Assembly: GCF_009914755.1 (NCBI RefSeq)
Contig: NC_060929.1
DNA length: 64,000 bases
Strand: one strand, 5' to 3'
DNA from: the human T2T-CHM13v2.0 reference genome, Homo sapiens
This document shows, piece after piece, positions 60,401 through 64,000 of the stretch (positions are counted from its first letter, which is position 1; each line of letters starts with the position of its first letter). The position numbers and the translations under genes were made by a program. The notes below the pieces were generated by a model, which was not told where the DNA came from, did not search any database, and saw nothing but the letters and a program-made list of their open reading frames with translations.

Positions 60401-60714
60401 ACTGCAGCACTCTATCTTCAACACTCAAATCAAATCTTAGTTGTTTATTTGTAGCCTTGGTCCTTTTTAGTCTGGGGGGACAAATGCCAGGCATCTCTAG
60501 TTAGCCTTCTTGCCTACCTTCATAGTCTTGTAAATATGTTATAGAACTAAATCAACAGAGTTTGCCCAATGAAGGCAGTTAGCTTTATTGTAATTTGATA
60601 TATAGAGCTTGACCAGATAATTCATCTCCTTCTCGCTGCTATTTACCTCACCGTTAGTAACAATAGTGGTGATAACAATATTAGTGATAGTAGTAATAAT
60701 AATTATTTTAATAA

Positions 60715-60935
60715 CTGCTAACATTGTGTACCCACTGTGTACCAGGAATTGTTATTAATGCTTTTCAATGTACTAGCTCATTTTATAGTTATATGAGGTT
60801 AGTGTTTTTATCCCTGTTTTAAGGATGAGTTAACTAAGATTCAGTAATTTACCTAAGGACATACAGTAAGAGGCAGGTAGATCTGGGATTTGACTCTAGG
60901 CAGTCTGGCTCCAGGGTCTGTACTTTTAACCAACA
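60715..60935 (-). mobile_element. MIR
   Basis: cactgtgtaccagg...ccctgttttaaggatgag...ggatttgactctaggcagtctggctccag. Confidence 0.72.
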
Positions 60936-61281
60936 TCTCTAGGGCCTCTCAGTGTGTGGGATCCCATTCATCCAGCCTAAGTGAAGGGCCATCTGAAAGG
61001 TAGTGACTCTAGAGGGCTCATTTTCCTCTACGGGTTGTTTCAAAGCCAGGGAATGTATATTATCACGGGTGAAATTGTCTGTTGGAGGATCTGTCTCATA
61101 TAGAAAAATCCTACTACTTATCTGTGCACCCACAGAGTACCAGCAGAGCCGGGTGAGTGGGGAGGAGAGCCAGGAGAGGCAGAGGGGACATACTGCAAAG
61201 ATAATCTCCTGGTCCCCTCTGTTACAGTTAATAAGGATCAAAACGGAATACAAGTTGGAGAGGTCAGTTTAGACTCAAGTA

Positions 61282-62444
61282 CAGTCATGCACCACCTAAC
61301 ATTTCAGTTAATGACAGTCTGTGTATGCGGTGGTGCTCCCATAAGATTAGTATGTAGCTGAAAAATTTATATTACCTGGTGATGTCATAGCCATCTTAAC
61401 ATTACAGCACAATGTGTTACTCGTGTTTGTAGTGATGCTGGTATAAACAAACCTATTATGCTGCCAGTAGTATAAAAGTAGAGCAGATACAGTTATGTAT
61501 AGTACAAAATACTTGATAATAAATGACTTACTGGTTTATGTATATACTATACTATACTTTTAGTGTATTTTAGAGTCTACTTCTACTTATTTAAAAAAGC
61601 AGTTGACTGTAAAACATCCTCAGGTTCTTCAGGAAATATTCCAGAAGAAGGCATTTTTATCATAGGAGATGACAGTTCCATGTGTGTTATTACCTCTGAA
61701 CACCTTTCAGTGGGTTGATATATAATGGTGGAAGACACTGATATTGATGATCCTGACCCTGTGTAGGTCTAGGCTAACATGTGTGTTTGTGTCTTAGTTT
61801 TTAACAAAAAAATTTTAAAAGTTAAAAATTTTTAATAGACAAAAGTTTATAGAGTAAGGATATAAAGAAAGAAAATATTTTGTATAGCTATACAATGTGT
61901 GTTTTATGTGTTATTATAAAAGTTTTAAAAAATTAAAAGTTGATATACTCAAAAAGTTACAGTAAGCTACAGTTAATTTATTATTGAAGAAAGAAAAACA
62001 CTTTTAATAATTTTAGTATAGCCTAAGCTTACTGCATTTATAAAGTGTACAATAGTGTACAGTAATGTCCTAGACCTTCACATTCACTAACTACTCAGTC
62101 ACTAATTCACCCACAGCAACTTCTAGTCCAGCAAGCACCATTCGTGGTAAGTGCCCTATACAGGGATACCATTTTTTACTTTTTATACCATGTCTTTACT
62201 ATACCTTTTCTGTGTGTAGATATGTTTAGATACACAAATATTGACCATGGTGTTACAGTTGCCTGTAGTACTCAGTATAGTAATATTCTGTACAGGTTTG
62301 TAGCCTAGGAGCAATAGGCTATTCCATGTAAGTCTTACCATCTATGTTTGTATAAGTACACTCTGTGATGTTCACATAATGAGGAAATCATCTAACGAAC
62401 ACATTTCTCAGAACTTATTCTCATTGTTTAGTGACCCATGACTG
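61282..62444 (+). mobile_element. Tigger3b (Golem-B) non-autonomous DNA transposon, essentially complete
   Basis: TA-cagtcatg...catgactg-TA termini; internal ggtgctcccataagatta and gtaaaacatcctcagg motifs; about 1.16 kb. Confidence 0.88.
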
Positions 62445-63258
62445 TAATTAGGCAAGGAGTGACTACCAGAGTTTTTTCCCCTTCACTATATTTCCAAATG
62501 CTATCTCTTAAATTGACTAGATTAGAAGTACTTCAGAATTTTATATCTGTTTCCCTTAAGGAAAATAATATGTCAAGCCCATGTACATTGAAGGAAATAA
62601 TTTATTCTATACTATATTTATGTATTATATATTTTATTACCGAGATAGTGAGTCAAGATTATAGAAATGGTGTAAAATTAAAACATTTTGCTGAGTTTAA
62701 ACGGCCATAACTTAAATGGAATTTTTTTGACATTCACTAGATCTAGTAGCCAGATGATATCTTACTATTTTAATTTTTAAACTTAGGAGGTTTGCCTATA
62801 AACCATTTATTAGCAGAGGAAGCTTTCTAAATGCTGTGAGTTAAAACATATGGAGATTCTAAAGATACTTGAATGGAGCTTGAATGTCTTCCCACACATG
62901 AAATATGTGTCGCAAAGAGGAAAATATATTTTAGACATTTCACTGAATCGTAGTTTGAAGTTAACAGCAAAATACATGATAGGCATTATTTTTATATTGA
63001 TAAATTAAGAATACTTTGGTTAAACAAGATACAGTAAGCCAAAAACAAAGCATTCCCTACTATATTCCTAAATCTACATGCTTACACAGTAGTCCTCTTA
63101 TATAAACCTGAAACATATAGGGCTGTGTGTATGTTCAAGTTTGATAGTGATCGCCAGTTTGTGTGGAGTTCCCCATTTATAAAGATAGACTTGGACCAAG
63201 TGATTCTATCTTATTCTACAGGAGAGTATTTTTCAATATTTTAAAAACTAGTACATAT

Positions 63259-63574
63259 GGCCAGGTGTGGTGGCTCACACCTGTAATCCCAGCACTTTGG
63301 GAGGTCTTGGTGAGCGCATCACGAGGTCAGGAGATGGAGACCATCCTGGCTAACACGGTGAAACCCCATCTCTACTAAAAATACAAAAAATTAGCTGGAT
63401 GTGGTGGCAGGTGCCTGTAGTCCCAGCTACTCGGGAGGCTGAGCCAGGAGAATGGTGTGAACCCAGGTGGCGGAGCTTGTAGTGAGCTGAGATTGCATCA
63501 CTGCACTCCAGCCTGGGCGACAGTGTGGGACCCTGTCTCAAAAAAAAAAAAAAGAAAAAAAAGAAAAAAAAAAA
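63259..63574 (+). mobile_element. AluY
   Basis: gagaccatcctggctaacacggtg, gagaatggtgtgaacc, ggagctt; TSD aaaa(a/c)ctagt(a/g)catat. Confidence 0.92.
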
Positions 63575-63687
63575 CCTAGTGCATATTTTGTGTTTCCTAA
63601 TTATCTAAGAAGACTTTATTAAGCTTTGCTTGCTGTACTCTGTATGTTACAAAAACAGTGGATAGATTGAATATACTTTTTCAAATG

Positions 63688-63726
63688 CATCTCTAACCTT
63701 ACCTCACACATCTCTAACCTTACCTC
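63688..63726. repeat. Perfect 18-bp direct repeat with a 3-nt spacer
   Basis: catctctaaccttacctc at 63688-63705 and 63709-63726. Confidence 0.9.
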
Positions 63727-63739
63727 TTTTGGTGGCATT

Positions 63740-63990
63740 GGAGTGGCGTGATATGGAGAGGGAAGTCTATGATCAGACTTACATTTTTTAGAAATGACTT
63801 TGTTCTATAAGGAAGACAGATTGGAGGAAATAAGGCAATAGGCAGGAGGTCAGTTCAGAGATACTGAGTGAGTCCAGTCTTAAGTGAGATGATGAGAACC
63901 TCAACCAAGTATGTGGAGTGAGAATGGAGAACAGAGTGTACTAAAGTGATATTAGGATGTAGGACACCTACACAACTTGGTAAATGTTTG
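63740..63990 (-). mobile_element. L2 fragment
   Basis: tatgatcagacttacattttttagaaatgac...ggcaggaggtcagttcagag...gagatgatgaga. Confidence 0.6.
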
Positions 63991-64000
63991 TATATAAGGA

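Overview
Primate (human-like) intronic DNA with no prokaryotic features. The only supportable protein-coding sequence is one 175-nt internal exon on the + strand (34305-34479, AG/GT-flanked). It encodes the WD40 segment TVRTWEVENPKKQKSVFKPRTMQGKKVIPTTCTYSRDGNLIAAACQNGSIQIWDRNLT, which I recognise as WDR70. The rest is two very long introns filled with Alu (J/S/Y), L1PA, L1M/L1MA, L2, MIR, LTR (MLT1, MST, MER21, MER39, LTR33-like) and DNA-transposon (Tigger3b, Tigger4-type, MER3, MER58B) copies, often nested. Most other listed ORFs are Alu/L1 or low-complexity artefacts. Most notable: (1) a TSD-flanked chimeric retrocopy of full-length U6 snRNA fused to an unidentified 46-nt RNA piece plus poly(A); (2) a perfect 63-bp tandem duplication of a hairpin-containing unit; (3) five separate locally templated or fold-back micro-insertions (three in Alus, one at an L1 twin-priming junction, one copied from 700 bp away); (4) unusual splice architecture around the exon and a candidate in-frame 48-nt cryptic exon. 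I found no new multi-gene system. Repeat subfamily names come from recalled consensus motifs, and old-repeat boundaries are approximate.
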